DNA of 64,000 nucleotides from Cyanophora paradoxa CCMP329 (taxonomy: Eukaryota > Plantae > Glaucophyta): contig QPMI01000138.1 in NCBI GenBank assembly GCA_004431415.1, positions 1 through 64,000 of the forward strand, in the 5' to 3' direction. A model generated the notes under the pieces. It saw only the letters and a list, made by a program, of their open reading frames with translations, ran no database searches and was not told where the DNA came from. Position 1 is the first letter of the stretch. Each line of letters opens with the position of its first letter. Shown piece by piece: positions 38,453 to 57,360 of the stretch. The position numbers and the translations under genes are program-made.

Positions 38453-40296
38453 TCACGACCTTGAGGAGAGGGCACCCCGTGCGGCGCGGACAGCGGCGCG
38501 GGCCGCGAGGGCGGCAGCCGCGAGGGCCGAGGCCGCCACGGCGCCCGCGACCGCTTCCTGGCGGGCCCCGTTCAACAAAAGTGAGCTTGGACGGGGAGAT
38601 CTAGAGGCCTGGGCGGGGCCGGGGGCTGCAGGACTCGCCTGTACCCGGAAGGACCACAGGATGGAGGAGAAGGGGGTACAAGATTGTTGGGAGGCCTCCA
38701 TCACGTCGAGGCGGAGCATCTGGACCGGGGATACGCGTCACAATCTGGGGGTAGTGAAATGTGGCCGAGCCGCGCACCTTCGGGAAGCACGACGCGAAGC
38801 CCTGCGGGGTACGAGTCAGAGGCAGAAGACGCCGAGTGCCCAGCGGGGTACGCGGTTCTGGGGCGCGCCAGGAGGGCGAGGCGGAGGGGGCGGAGGGGCC
38901 CGCCCCGGAAGGCGTAGGAGAGCTCGGCAGCGGCGTCGCCGTCGGCCTTGCGGGCCGCCGTCCAGCCCCGCACCGCCGCCCGCAGGTCGCCCCCCCTCTC
39001 CTCCACCAGCCTGCGCGGGCCGGGGTACCCCGCCCTCGGCGCGCGCCGGCGGGCGATCCGCGTACCCCGCCCCGCCCCCCTCACCGGTCGAACGCGAGGG
39101 CGTCCTCGAGGGCCGTCCTGCAGCCGACGCCGACCGTCGCCAGCATCGCGTGCGCCGCGTCCTGCGCGCCCGTAACCCGGTGTGGGCGGGGGGGAAGGAA
39201 GCGGACGGGGGTACCGCGCACCCCGAGGAGGAAGGCGGAGTCCTCGTGGGCGTACCCCGAGGCGCGGAGGGTGGAGGGGCGCCAGGGGCGGGCGGCGGCG
39301 AGCTCGCGGGCGCGGGGGGCGAGGAGGCCGGCGAGCTGGGGGAAGCAGAGGGCGGAGAGGCGGGGGGCGTCGTCCGGGCCCGCGAGGAGGTGGGAGGGGA
39401 CGATGAGGGCGGCCCGCACGGAGCGCGGGGCCGTGGAGGGCATCAGCATGGCGAAGACGGGCGCGCTGCCGGCCCCCGGCGGGCGCGCCGCGCAGAGGGC
39501 CATCGTGACCGCCGCGGGGTCGAGCGCGGCGCAGGGGCCGGCGGGCGGCAGCTCGGCGGGGCACGTGACGACCGAGCTGGAGCCGACCTCCCGGGTACAG
39601 GAGAGGGAGCCGGCGGCAGCCATGGCGTCCCGCGCGGGGCTGTGCACGCCGTCCGCGCCGGCCAGCACGTCGTACCGGACCGCGATCGCCGCCGCCGAGC
39701 CCGGCCCACCCTCCATCGCGAACGAGGCGGTGCGGGCGCGCAGGTCGACGCCCGTGCAGCGGTGCCCGAAGAAGAAGCGGACGCGCGGGTAGAGCCGCCG
39801 CGTCCCGTCGACGAGGGCCGCCACGAGCGCCGTGCGGTCGACGGTCGTCATCGGCCGCGCGTACCGCCGCGCGCGCCGCACGCTCCCGTCCGGCCTCATC
39901 ACGTTGACCGTGTCGTACTCCACGAGCCGCGGCTCCACGAACGGCATCAGGCCGGCCTGCGCGCGCGCGCGATATCAGGCCATGCATGCTCGAGCCGCCT
40001 CTGGCGAACGCACCGCCTCTATTGCCGGGAACGCTCTCTTTCCCAGGATGATCGAGAACGAGGCGGGCGCCTCATCCCCGCACGGGTCGCCCCTAAAGTC
40101 GTACACCTGCAGGGAGCAAGCGGCGATGAGCGCTCGATTGATACAAAACCGTAGTACGCATTGAACCCGCAGCCGAGCGCTCGAGCTCAAGACTCGAGCG
40201 CACCTCCACGTCGACCTCGTTTGTGGTATCCCGCTTGGCGAGGAGCGCGGCGAGCAGGGCACCCGCCGGCCCGCAGCCGACGATGACTACCCGCAT
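38453..40296 (-). CDS. FAD-dependent monooxygenase (kynurenine 3-monooxygenase-like)
   Basis: MRVVIVGCGPAGALLAALLAKR (GxGxxG), YDFRGDP..SFSIILGKRA, YDVLAGADGVHS (DG motif), FLLGDAAHAM..VGVGCRTALEDA (GD motif). Confidence 0.85.
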
Positions 40297-40388
40297 CGCG
40301 GCTAGCTGTGGCTGTACCGCCGGGCCGTGTTCACAATCCAATGCATGCGTACCCCGGTGGACTGGATCAAATTCGGTGCGGCCCGGCG

Positions 40389-40906
40389 ATGCGCCTCCTG
40401 CTCCACGCGCCCACGGGCGCGCGCGAGCTATCGATTGGCGATGACGCAAGCGTCGGCGAGCTACGCGCCGCGGCCTCGGAGGCGACGGGCATTCCGCGTA
40501 ATGTGCGGGAGCCCGTATACGTAAAGTGCCGGCGCCGCGCACGCTCCCCTCTAGTTCTAAAACCTTGGGTCTTCGCGCACTCCTGACGCTCGTTCTTCCC
40601 TGCGCGTGCGCAGCACCTTATCCTCGTCGTCCCGCATCAGAGGAAGGGGACGTGGCCGATTACGCATGCACGAGCGCGAGCTCGAGGGCGCGCGCTGATG
40701 AAGGATAAGGCGAGCCTGCGGGCGGAGAGGATTTCGGACGGCACGCATCTGTACGCGGGGGGCGACCTGAAAGGCGGTTCGCAAAATCTATCTAGACATT
40801 TTCCAACAGCGTTTCAGCTCAGAATTTTGCAGGTTGCTTAACATCGATTGCCCTTTGCTTTCTGTGCTTCAAGGCACTTGATTTAGATTCGCTGATCGCT
40901 GTTTGA
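40389..40906 (+). CDS. Ubiquitin-like protein, copy 1 (Ubl with insertion, LKGG, Cys-containing hydrophobic tail)
   Basis: Exon 1 MRLLLHAPTGARELSIGDDASVGELRAAASEATGIPRN; exon 2 (40614-40776) ends ..DGTHLYAGGDLKG-G; putative exon 3 (40833-40906) CLTSIALCFLCFKALDLDSLIAV*. Clear paralogue of copy 2 with the same intron positions and phases. Confidence 0.65.
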
Positions 40907-41453
40907 TAATTGTACATGTACATATGATCGTGATTATATGTGAGCAGCTGCGCATGCCCAGTATGCTCCGTTCACAGGGCCTGCAGCTAACCGCGGCGCC
41001 CGCCGGGCCGGCGGCCCTGCGGGATCGATGCGCCTCCGGCCGGCGGCACTTAATTTTCGGCCGCCGCGGGCCCCTCCCTTAATTTTTAAGCACCCTAGCT
41101 AGGCCTTAATTAATTCGAACGACCCGGCGGCCATGCATGTGCACAGCCATTCTGAGACTCATGATCATGATCATGCATGCGCATGCACTTTAAATTTCAA
41201 GTTCCCTAGCTTCCGGCCTTCGTTCGAATTCTCGAGCTCTTATAATTAGAATTTCCTTTTCCGAGCTCGAGGCGATATCCTCTGGTGCAAACTCCTGGCT
41301 AGCTAGCTGGCTAGCGGGTCATGACGGTCCGGATCCGGATCCACTGCATGATTCTATCCCCTCGAGCTCGATCCCCTAGATCTCAAATTAATTCTGGTTC
41401 GACTCCGGCCGGCCGGCCCTCCGAATTTCATTCGGTTTTCCTTTCCAGCAACC

Positions 41454-42117
41454 ATGCACCTTTTACTCCACGCGCCCACGGGCGAGCGCGAGATCGAGAT
41501 TGAAGACGGGGCAAGCATCCATGAGCTGCGCGCTGCGGCGTCCAAGGCGACGGGGATCCCGCCCGAGGTGCGACGCAATTTCTCGACCACGGGAGCCGCG
41601 GCGCGAGCCCGCGCCATCCCACGCTGATTGGAAAGAATAGAAGCCTATAAACGAGAGATGGGCTTTGCAGGCGGCTCAAACTGGTCGCAGCGTAATTATG
41701 AATTTCAAGCTTCCAAAAATTGATTTCGCGCGCATGCGCAGCATCTGCTTCTCTTGAACGGGCGGCGCGCGCTTGCGAACGAGAGGGTCTCCGTGAAGGC
41801 TGCGGGCGTGCGCGACGGAGATCACCTCGCTGCGGCGGGAGACCTGAATGGAGGTAAGACAGCGCTGCCAGGGCGCAGCGATATGATTTAAGATCACTTA
41901 AGCTCTATTTCCTTTCTAGGATGCGGGATGAGCTGCCGTCTCTGCGGGGCACGCGGCGGAGTTGGATGCTCCCTCATGTGAAAAGTATCCGGATCTCCCC
42001 TAGAGCCTTCCCGCCTCGCTGCGCGTAATTGGCTTCGAATTTTTCTCCGCAGGCTGCGGCGTCTCTTGCCGAATCTGCGGCGCGGGCGGTGGGCTCGGCT
42101 GCTGCACGGTGATGTGA
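41454..42117 (+). CDS. Ubiquitin-like protein, copy 2, with two alternative CaaX-encoding terminal exons
   Basis: Exons 41454-41567 and 41742-41853 give a 76-aa Ubl (GIPPE; ..GDLNG75G76). Terminal exon A (41920-41981) CGMSCRLCGARGGVGCSLM*; terminal exon B (42053-42117) CGVSCRICGAGGGLGCCTVM*. Confidence 0.8.
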
Positions 42118-42509
42118 CGGCCCAGCGCCCGCGAGCACGAGAGAGGCAATTAATGTACAGCTAAACTAGCTTCTATCCGTAGGCCGTGCGCGCAGCTTAT
42201 AATATTAGAGCCATCGAGCGCCGACTCATTGTAAAGTCAACTCGGTAGCTAAAGTAGCAGCCAATCGATCTCGATGATTACGCACACTGGCCATAGGCTG
42301 AGCGCTGATGCGGCTGCTATTTGTAGGCGTGCCATCGCCGGGGGAAGCATGGAAATCTGCAGGTCCTACAGCTAGGAAGCGCCTGGGTGCGGGCTAGGCT
42401 CCGGTCGAGGCCTCCCTCCGCTCCAAAACTCGCGATCAAATTTACACGGTCGCTACCTACTGGGACGGAGCTCCAGGCTGGAGCCTGGCGGCTCGGTGCA
42501 ACCTTGCGG

Positions 42510-43281
42510 CTATCGCATGTCATTCGGGCCGAGGACTCCCTTCTTCAGGCTGCGCGGGGCGGGCGTCGGCGGCGGCGGGCGGGGCAGGGGCGGGGCGGCC
42601 CGCACATGATGTTGCCGTAGAGGTTGGACTCGGACGTGGCGATGACGCCGAACGCGTTCTTCGCGCGCTCGTAGAACGCGAAGCGCTCCAGCCGCTCCAT
42701 GTACACCGCGCGGCCCTCCGCCCGATCCAGCAGCTCCTGGAAGTCCGCCCAGCTACGCGGCGAGCGCGTGGGTGCGCGGCGAGGCGGCTCCGCGGCGCGG
42801 CGCTTACACTGGGGCCAGCTTCGTTGGGTCCTCGACCTGCTCCATCACCGCCGCCGGGCACTCGACGTAGGAATCCAGCGGGAGAAGCTCGAGAATCGCT
42901 GGCGGCTAGCGTCAGCGCGCCAGCGGACGGGGCGTGGCCAGAAGAGCGTACCGGCGAGCAGAGTAACCACATCGCAGCCTTCGCACCGCACCAGCCGCTT
43001 CCCGCAGGTCTCGGAAGGGAAGTTTGCGTCGGCTAGGACGAGCTGGCGGGAACGTTAGCTCTGGGGCAAACGGCGCGGTTTGCGGTCCTCCAACACTCTG
43101 CACACCTCGTCCCCGTGTCCCTGCGCTCGCGTGAGCTAGCGAGGGAAGCGCGAGGGCGAAATCGGCCTACCATCCGCGCGATGAGGTACAGGACCTCCGG
43201 GCTCAGAACCCTGCCGAACCTGTCGGCAGAGACCCACAGACGAAGGAAAGAGGCTGACCTGGGAATCCGCTTCAGCACCAT
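42510..43281 (-). CDS. FUOM: L-fucose mutarotase (RbsD/FucU family)
   Basis: MVLKRIPRVLSPEVLYLIARMGHGDELVLADANFP, AILELLPLDSYV, LERFAFYERAKNAFGVIAT, LYGNI.LKKGV. Confidence 0.92.
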
Positions 43282-43319
43282 GTCGCCGGCTTCTTGTGTG
43301 CCTGTACCCGTCCGCGGCG

Positions 43320-49726
<6,407 letters not shown>

Positions 49727-50319
49727 TCCATGGCCAACGCGACCGAAAGCAGCGGCAGGCCCCTCTGGTCCCGATTCGCGCGGTGCAAGAACCGTTTTGT
49801 CATGCCAGAATGCGATTTCCCGCTGTGATGGTAAATCACGAACCAAATCTTAGCCCCCGAATGCTTTGATTTCCTTGCCGCTTGTGTTCGTGGCAACTTG
49901 CAATTGGTGCAAGTCCTGCATGCAAACGCTTTAATTCTTCGAATTCGCCGGCCGATATTGATCATTTTCGCGACACGGATTAATTGCAAGGGGGGAAAGA
50001 AGACCGAAGGTCTTCCCCCCTTGCTTCCCGTTCCCTCGCTTCAGCCAAAATTCTTCTATGAGGCCGTTTTCGAGGTCCAGTTTGCAACGCAGGAAAAAAA
50101 TGAGCCAAAATGGCGTTGCGACACGTGTTGGTCGCTGGGAGCGTGCACGCAAAAAGCGGTTTTCGAGGGGGAAAACCAGTTTTCTCTCTTTCGATCTTGT
50201 ATATACGTAGTCTCTTCGCGACAGCTCTCATCTCCTCTCTCCAGTCTGCAGCTGCAGTCAGAACTCGAGTCTAGAGCAGGTTGCCCGGCGGTCTGCAGGA
50301 ACTCGGGGAAAACCAATTT

Positions 50320-50735
50320 CTAGGCTCTAGATGTAGATCTGAGCTCTCCGGGCCTCTCCTTCGCGCGGCGCTGGGGTGTCACGCGGCGGTTGTGCATGGC
50401 AACCACTTCTCCCAGCTGTCTCCTCTAAATTTTGCTAGCCTCTCCTTCGCGCGGCGCGGGGGTGTCACGCGGCGGTTTTGCATGGCAACCACTTCAATTC
50501 TAGCTCCCAGCTGTCTCCTCTAAATTTTGCTAGCCTCTCCTTCGCGCGGCGCTGGGGTGTCACGCGGCGGTTTTGCATGGCAACCACTTCTCCCAGCTGT
50601 CTCCTCTAAATTTTGCTAGGCTCTAGCTGTAGATCTGAGCTCTCCGGGCCTCTCCTTCGCGCGGCGCTGGGGTGTCACGCGGCGGTTTTGCATGCCAACC
50701 ACTTCTACCAGCGCTAGCTGTCTCCTCTAAATTTT
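50320..50735. repeat. Minisatellite (about 4 units of 80-110 bp) inside the Helentron-like element
   Basis: cctctccttcgcgcggcgctggggtgtcacgcggcggttttgcatggcaaccacttc..cagctgtctcctctaaattttgc repeated; related to the repeat in the 32.3-32.5 kb copy. Confidence 0.85.
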
Positions 50736-51231
50736 GCGCGGCAGTCACTGAGTCCAGACTGTAGCTAGTCTCTTGCTGCGCTCAGCAAGCCGCCGACATC
50801 GCGTGCGCCGCAGAACCGCGTGATCATGAGCCGGCCGAGCACGCCTGCTGGGCCGGGCGCTCTTGTTGCGCTCGGCACCTGGCCAGCAGACTAGTTCGCG
50901 TGCTGCGCACGACGTGGCACTTGTATCCTTAGTCTGCGCCCCGCGTGTGCCCCGCGTTGCGCCGCGTGCCTGCGTACCCGCCGTCTGCCACCCGGCCAGC
51001 AGTCCAGCTCGGTGGAGCTCGAGTCTAGATCTCCAGCAGGTCGTACGCCGGTCTGCAGGAGCTCGAGTTTCGAATAGCAGAGATTGGCCTGTCAACCGCG
51101 AGAAACTTTGACAGCGAAACTGTTCCGAGTTGAATCCGGGTATTGAGCGCGTCAGCGGCAAGCTGAACAGCGAACGCAAGTGTGCTGCACCGGCGGTCTG
51201 GAGCGAGCACTCGAGCTCGAGTTGCGAATAA

Positions 51232-51410
51232 CAAAGGCGAGAGCGTACAGTTCCAGCGTTAACGTTGGAGCGTGTGTGCAGCTGCAGCGCAAGGCGAGAG
51301 CGTACAGTTCCAGCGTAGTAGCTAACATGGGACGAGGCCGCAAATTAAAAACTGGTGCAGAACTGCCTGAAGGCATCGTTGAAGGCGAGAGCGTACAGTT
51401 CCAGCGTTGT
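51232..51410. repeat. Three copies of aaggcgagagcgtacagttccagcgt inside the element
   Basis: Identical 26-mer near 51233, 51291 and 51382. Confidence 0.8.
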
Positions 51411-52774
51411 AGCACTAGTACTGGGGCTTGCAACGGCGGTTATATATTGCCTTCTTTGCCCAGCTGCGGGGCGCAATCATTTCTGTATGCGCAAGAATCT
51501 CTTCCGGCACGTCCGCAGTCATCAAAGCGGATTACGGGTGCGGAGTCCCAAGCAAAGGGCCGGGGCCTATAGGAGTGCGGTGAGGTGTGGCGCATATATA
51601 GCTGACATTTTCACCCTTTAATTTCATGATCAGAGCGCTCCATTACCTGTAGGGGAATATGTGTCTGACTCATCTAGCATTCGCTGTGCTGTGCAAGTGC
51701 GTCGGTTGCATGAATGCATGCTGTCTTTACACAACGTTTCTCATAAAGCGGCTTGCAGGGTCGTCCTCAACTTAAAGCAAACGTCTCCACAGGCGAAGTT
51801 CCTGGCTCTCGGTTCTACTCTCATGTGCACTATTGCCGGCTCTGCAATGCAGTAAAACATGCTGATATCAGCACGCGATTAGTGTCCTCCCCAGATAACA
51901 TTTCAACCGCCGTTCGGCGTCGCTGCGAACCCTGGAGGAGTGCGTGCACAGTCTCTTCGCAGCGTGCGAACTTCGGAACACAGTTCACACAGTTCACAGA
52001 GAGTTAGTTAGGTTTTCTTTATTCGGTTTGATCGCAGCGAGTGCTTATCGGGCCTTTTCTATTTTTTTCAATCATAATCTGTGTTTATCTTTACACTTCA
52101 ACCTGCCGCGCGCACTGGGCCGGGGTCGATCTACATGATGAGACTACATCTGCCCCGTGCATGTTCGTGCCACTACGACTCTTTCATTAGATCCCGGATC
52201 CCCCCTTGCACCCCCGGCGCGCCAAAACGCGGCCGGGCCACTAGTATTTGCACATATTACGATGATATTGCACACACAGACGTTCTCCGAGGCTCACACA
52301 GACGTCGACTAGTACTTTCTAAAAAATCTATTTAATTTGATGCTGCGGATACGATTCCAAAGCTTAAGAATGAAGCTCGCGATCGAGTTCTGCAAGACTA
52401 GACTAGCTGCAGATCGATATATAATGCACACGCTCGAATTCGAACATTCAAATGTACAAGTACAGAAGTTAACGCCAGATATGCAGCTACGATGGATGTT
52501 CTAGAATGAAAGATTGGATCCGGATGAATTCAAGATCCGTTGAATTAACTGTACAAGCACAGGAACTACAGGGCAGCCTGGCAGAGCTGCCCTCATCTGT
52601 GCCCTATCTAGATCTGCGGCCAACGCGATTCGATGATGGCGATAGCTTGGTGCTGGATGATGATGTACATCTGATCATGATGATCATGCGGCAGGATTCA
52701 TTGATCGTTTGCAATGCAGCGCCCGGCCGTAGCCGCTGAGCTGCAGCTGAGTTGAAGACCGACGTGCCTCACCG

Positions 52775-55700
52775 TTAGACGGCGTGCGCGGTGAGCGACT
52801 GGCGGCGGTTGAGCGTCGCGATCTCCTGGACCTCGGTCTCGGGCTGCTGAGCCGGGCTCGCGGTACTGGCCGAGCGCCGGCGGACATTGATAGTGCTGAA
52901 CGACGCCGGCGCTGGCGGCAGAAGCTGCGAGCTCGAATTGATGCCGCTGTTCAACGCCTGCGGGAAGTTCACGATCATGATCAGTGACTGATTAACTCAA
53001 GTGTACAATGTAGGTGCCATGTGCATGCGAACCTTAGCGTGTGTGGTGGCAGCAACGGCAGCAACGCGGACTTGCTTGCGGGTGATGATCATGGCGGCGG
53101 CGACAGCGCCGATGGCGAGGCCCGCGATGCCAACAGGAACAGCTGCGCATCCGTGAGTCGAAGACCGTGAGCGACGGAAAACGATGCGATGGGAGGGGCG
53201 GGGCACAAACCGATGGCAACGGCGAGAAGGGTGTTGGAAGTGCCGGCCGAGGCAGCGGGGGCGGCAACGCCCGCGACTCCAGAGGCAGAGGCGCCGGCGG
53301 AGGCACCGGTGGACGCGGTGCCAGCCTGGGCGCCGGCGGCGCCAGCGTCGACCCACGCCATCTTCACGCCGATGCCGCCAACGGCGCTGCTGCTGTCGGG
53401 TCCCCTCCACGGCTTGAGGTTCGTGCAGGTGAGCCGGTCCTGCGGCTCAGCCGAGCCCTTCCTGCTGTAGGTTTGCGCTGCGCATGCAAAAGAATCGGGA
53501 GCGTGAGCATCGAGAGAATGCAGAATGCAGAGATCTGGGGCGCTCACAGGGCTGGAACCAGGAGCCGGAGACGGTGCCGAGGTCGAGGTCGAGGCCGTTG
53601 AAGTGGCCGGGCATGCAGCAGCCGGCCGAGTTGCACAGCTCGACGGACATCGAGTAGCAGTGCCTGGGATCCCGGAGGCGCTGCTACTCAGTGCGCCGAA
53701 CAAGGAACCGGGGGCGATGTACAGCTAAGGCAGCGCACGAGGGCTGGACGTTGTTCGCGAGAGTCGGCGCGTAGAAGCGGCCATGAGTGGGGAAAGGTCC
53801 GGACTGCGCAGGGGCCGAGCGTCAGCGCCGCGCCGCGTCGAAGTTCAATTGAGGCCAGGCGGATGACTTGCCTCGAAGGTCTGGTACTTGTTCTTGTCGT
53901 ACCCGTTGATGCCCTTGATGTAACGGTTGAGGGTCAGGTTGTACTCTGCCCGCCGAGTCCGTTGTACAATTAATACAAAAGAACGCGCTCGCGTGCACGT
54001 GCACGTGCAGGCCAAAAGTGGAAGCGCACCGTAGGGGGCCTGGCCGCCGCTGTAGGAGACGCTGGGCCAGAACACGACGGCGGTCTTGAAGCCGAGGTTG
54101 TTGAGGTAGTCCAGGTCGATGGTGGGGTCGGTCGTCAGCACGTTGTTGAGCTCCGTCTCGAGGCGCTGGAGGGCGTCGTAGTCCTGCACCGTCGAGCCGC
54201 CGTAGGGGCCCGTCGAGAAGCCCTGGGGGGCCACGGCGGGGTACGGGGGCGGAATGCCGCAGACAGGCGGCACAACTGCGCATGCAGAGATCGGTCACGG
54301 ATGCCGATGCGCGCGCTAGCTGTATTCGGTGCCGGGTGACGTACTCGGGACAGCGGCGATCGCCTCAGAAGATCCGGAGGCGGAGAATTCGCTGCAGCGC
54401 CCCGCGGTGGCCTCGCTCTCCCCGTTGCAGGCCTTGACCTTGAAAGTGTACGAGAGACCTGCCGCGCGCGTGCCCAACGTTTGGCATAGCTATAGAATGC
54501 AATGCACAGAACAATTTGCGGCTGCGAACCCGGGCAGAGTCTCGCCGCCACGCTCATCGGGCACGCGGGGTTTGAGTTCGCGCACGCGGCCTTGGCGGCG
54601 CCGTTGGCGAACTCGAGGCCTTGGCCAGAGACACCACTCTTCAACGGGCAGTCGCCCAGGTCCTCAGGGATGACGATCTCCACCTCGTACTGCGCAACGG
54701 AGAACGCGAAATTAGCGCGGAATGCGCGGTTTCGGTTTTGCGGCGGTGTGCACCTTCGAGATCAGAGCGCCGCCGTCGTAGCTCGGGCGGTTGTAGGTGC
54801 CCGTCACCGGCGTGCCGGACTCGCTGATCGGGTAGAACGCGAACTGGCCGAACGTGAACGCGCTGTTGAAGGTCGCCTCGGTCGGCGGCACCACTGTCGG
54901 AGGCGCGAGGTCGCGCGTGAGCGGTGCATCGCGGTCAACAGTTACTTGAATACTTAAAGAGTACGCACCATCGGGGACGAACTCCTCCATGGCGGGTTCC
55001 TCGGCGCAGATGGCCGGAGTCGCGGTGGTGCAGGCCAGCACCGAGACCTTGTACTTGTAGCCTGTGGACACGGGGAGATCGATCAGAATTCAGGACCGAA
55101 AACGTTAACGCCCTCGATGAAATTCGATCTTGTGACCATTGCAGCGCACCGGGGCAGAGGTAGTTGAGGGCCAGGGAGCCGGCCGAGGTGGTGACGGGGG
55201 TCCCGAAGGCGAAGTCCGTCGTGAAGGGGCACGCGTCGATGCCGGCCACGGAGGCCTCGGGCGCGCTGACAGTGACAGTGTACTGCGCGCATGTGCCCGT
55301 GATCAGGTTCATGAAAAGAAGCGAAGCTCGACTGCAAGGCACAATTGCAAACGGACCGCGAGGTTGGCTTCCGTGTCCCACGACACAACGGCGGGGTAGC
55401 CCGAGGCGGTCAGATCCTTGACGGGCGGGTTGGCCGCGGGCTTGTAGAAGATGTTCTGCATGCGCGGGGCAGGAGAAGTCGGGCGGGGGGTGGTGTCGGT
55501 CCCGGCGCCGCCGTCGTCGGGGCAGCCGGCCTTCTTGCCGATGACGGGGTTCACGAACTCCCAGTCGTTGGTGCAGGTCAGCTCCGTCGCCGTCTGGCTG
55601 GCGAGAGTCCTCTTCTCGCCCTGCGATACGCGACGTTGACCGTGAGCGGTAACGAATTTTTCATGTTTGATTTCGAATCGAATCGCATCAGCTGACCATA

Positions 55701-56858
55701 ACGAAGTTCTTGATCATAGCGTCGCAGAACATGTCCGTGGGGGCAGTGATGGTGTACTCGATCGCGGTGACCGTAGCCGACGACTCGAGCTCGAGAATCG
55801 CAAGCTTGTAGGTGAAGCCACCGGCGTTGGTGAGCGTGTTGACAAACTCCACCGGAGTGGTTGCGGCGGCGAGGGGGACGAACGGAGTCCGGACGTACTC
55901 GATGATGCTCGCCCCTTGGCTCGTGCCTGTGATCCAGAAGGACAACTTGAGGCCATTGGCGTTGACGTACTCAGAAGAGCTGCGCAAGTGCGAGGTCTTT
56001 GAGGTCAGGGACCCAAAGTTGAATATATATATCGTTTGAGCATGAGCGTATTTATTTCTAAAAGAAGAAACGAACGTGTCGATCTTGGCGACGCAGGTGA
56101 CGGAGTTGGGAGTCTTGGTGCAGCGCTCGCCGTCGTTGACACCGAAGTTCGAGAACCGAGGAACTGCGCATACGGTCAGGAAACTCTTAGCTCTGACGAC
56201 CGCGAAATATATATATCTATTGCAAGTTACATATATATAATTAAACACGCACGTTTCCACGGGGAAGACTCGCCTGCGCGATTGTGAAGAAAATTGCAGT
56301 CAGGCCTTGCAATTGCAAGAATTATAAAAAGCTAATCTGCGTCATCCTTCAACTTACATGAGCAGACCGCCCCGTAGGTACCGAACGTCTTGAAAGCGCC
56401 GAAGCCGCAGCCAGCGCCCGTGCGCGAACCCTATGTATCCGAGCAGCAGCTACATAAGTATATATTGCGAAGCAGACAGAGCGCAAAGCAAGCGCTAGTG
56501 ATACGCACCTTGATCTTAAGAGTGACCAGCTTACAGTCGAGGTCGAGCGTGGAGGTCGTGAAGGTGAGGGTCGACCGGTCGGCCGAGCGGGTGAGGCTGA
56601 ACGCGCTCGGGGAGGTCCTGGAGTCGACGGCGCCGGCGATGGTCGTGGGCTTCGTCGCCTGTGTGACGTCGACTTCGAACTCGAACTGGTCCGCCCCGTC
56701 AAAACTGCGCGGCGCGGCACAACCGGACATCAGTGCTAGTTGCCGCGACCCCAATGGATCCGCACATGCGCCGCTCACTTTACGTTGGCCGCGCAAGTGA
56801 GGGTGGACGTGCTGCCCGACTTGACAAGGGAGCAGCTGGACGAAGAGACGGCGATGTT
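52775..56858 (-). CDS. Type I cell-surface protein (Thr/Cys-rich, beta-sandwich/Fn3-like ectodomain, C-terminal TM); 5' part missing at the virus junction
   Basis: Many spliceable exons (YTVTVSAP, GYKYKVSVLACTT, YTFKVKACN). TM NTLLAVAIAVPVGIAGLAIGAVAAAMIITRKQ followed by a short cytoplasmic tail ending at 52775. No start codon or signal peptide before 56.86 kb. Confidence 0.75.
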
Positions 56859-57360
56859 AAAAAATGAGAGAGGACCTGATTCTGTGGCCCACCCCTCTTC
56901 ACCACCCTCACCTCTCCGAACCCACCCCAACCCACCCAATCCAGCGTCTTCCCAGCCATCACTCTCGCCAACCCTTCCGCTACGTCTACCGCCCTTCTCT
57001 CCCTCTGGTCTACCTCCCCTTCCATCCAGCAACCACTAGGTAGTATCTAACGTCTACTCCAATCGATCTTGCAAAAGATATAGCAGTGATTTGAGACGGG
57101 CCCCCAACGCGACGGTCTGCAGAGATAGCTTAATCAGCAGCTAGGCGTTAATACTGTGTTCTTCCTATCTAAATAGCGGAGAGGTTTCCAGGTTCTAGCT
57201 AGACGATAAAACTATATAATCGAAGCTGATTGCATATGCGAGTTTAGGTTCTAGTTAGTCAATAATACTGTGTGGATGATAGCGCCAGTAGCAATGTTGA
57301 AGATTTGGACAGGAAGTCCTAAAAAACGAAAAGATCGAGAGATGTTGAAGATTTGGACAG

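Larger units (their letters stand above)
49984..52244 (+). mobile_element. Non-autonomous Helentron/DINE-1-like rolling-circle element, long copy
   Basis: 5' ttgcaagggggg with nearby complementary ccccccttgc (5' hairpin); subterminal ccccccttgca at about 52200; GC hairpin cccggcgcg-ccaaaa-cgcggccggg; ends CTAG followed by T; internal tandem repeats; no RepHel ORF. Confidence 0.7.

Noticed and set aside
50745-52100. Coding capacity (RepHel or captured gene) inside the long Helentron-like copy
   Set aside because: Only short ORFs, without HUH, helicase or other recognisable motifs.
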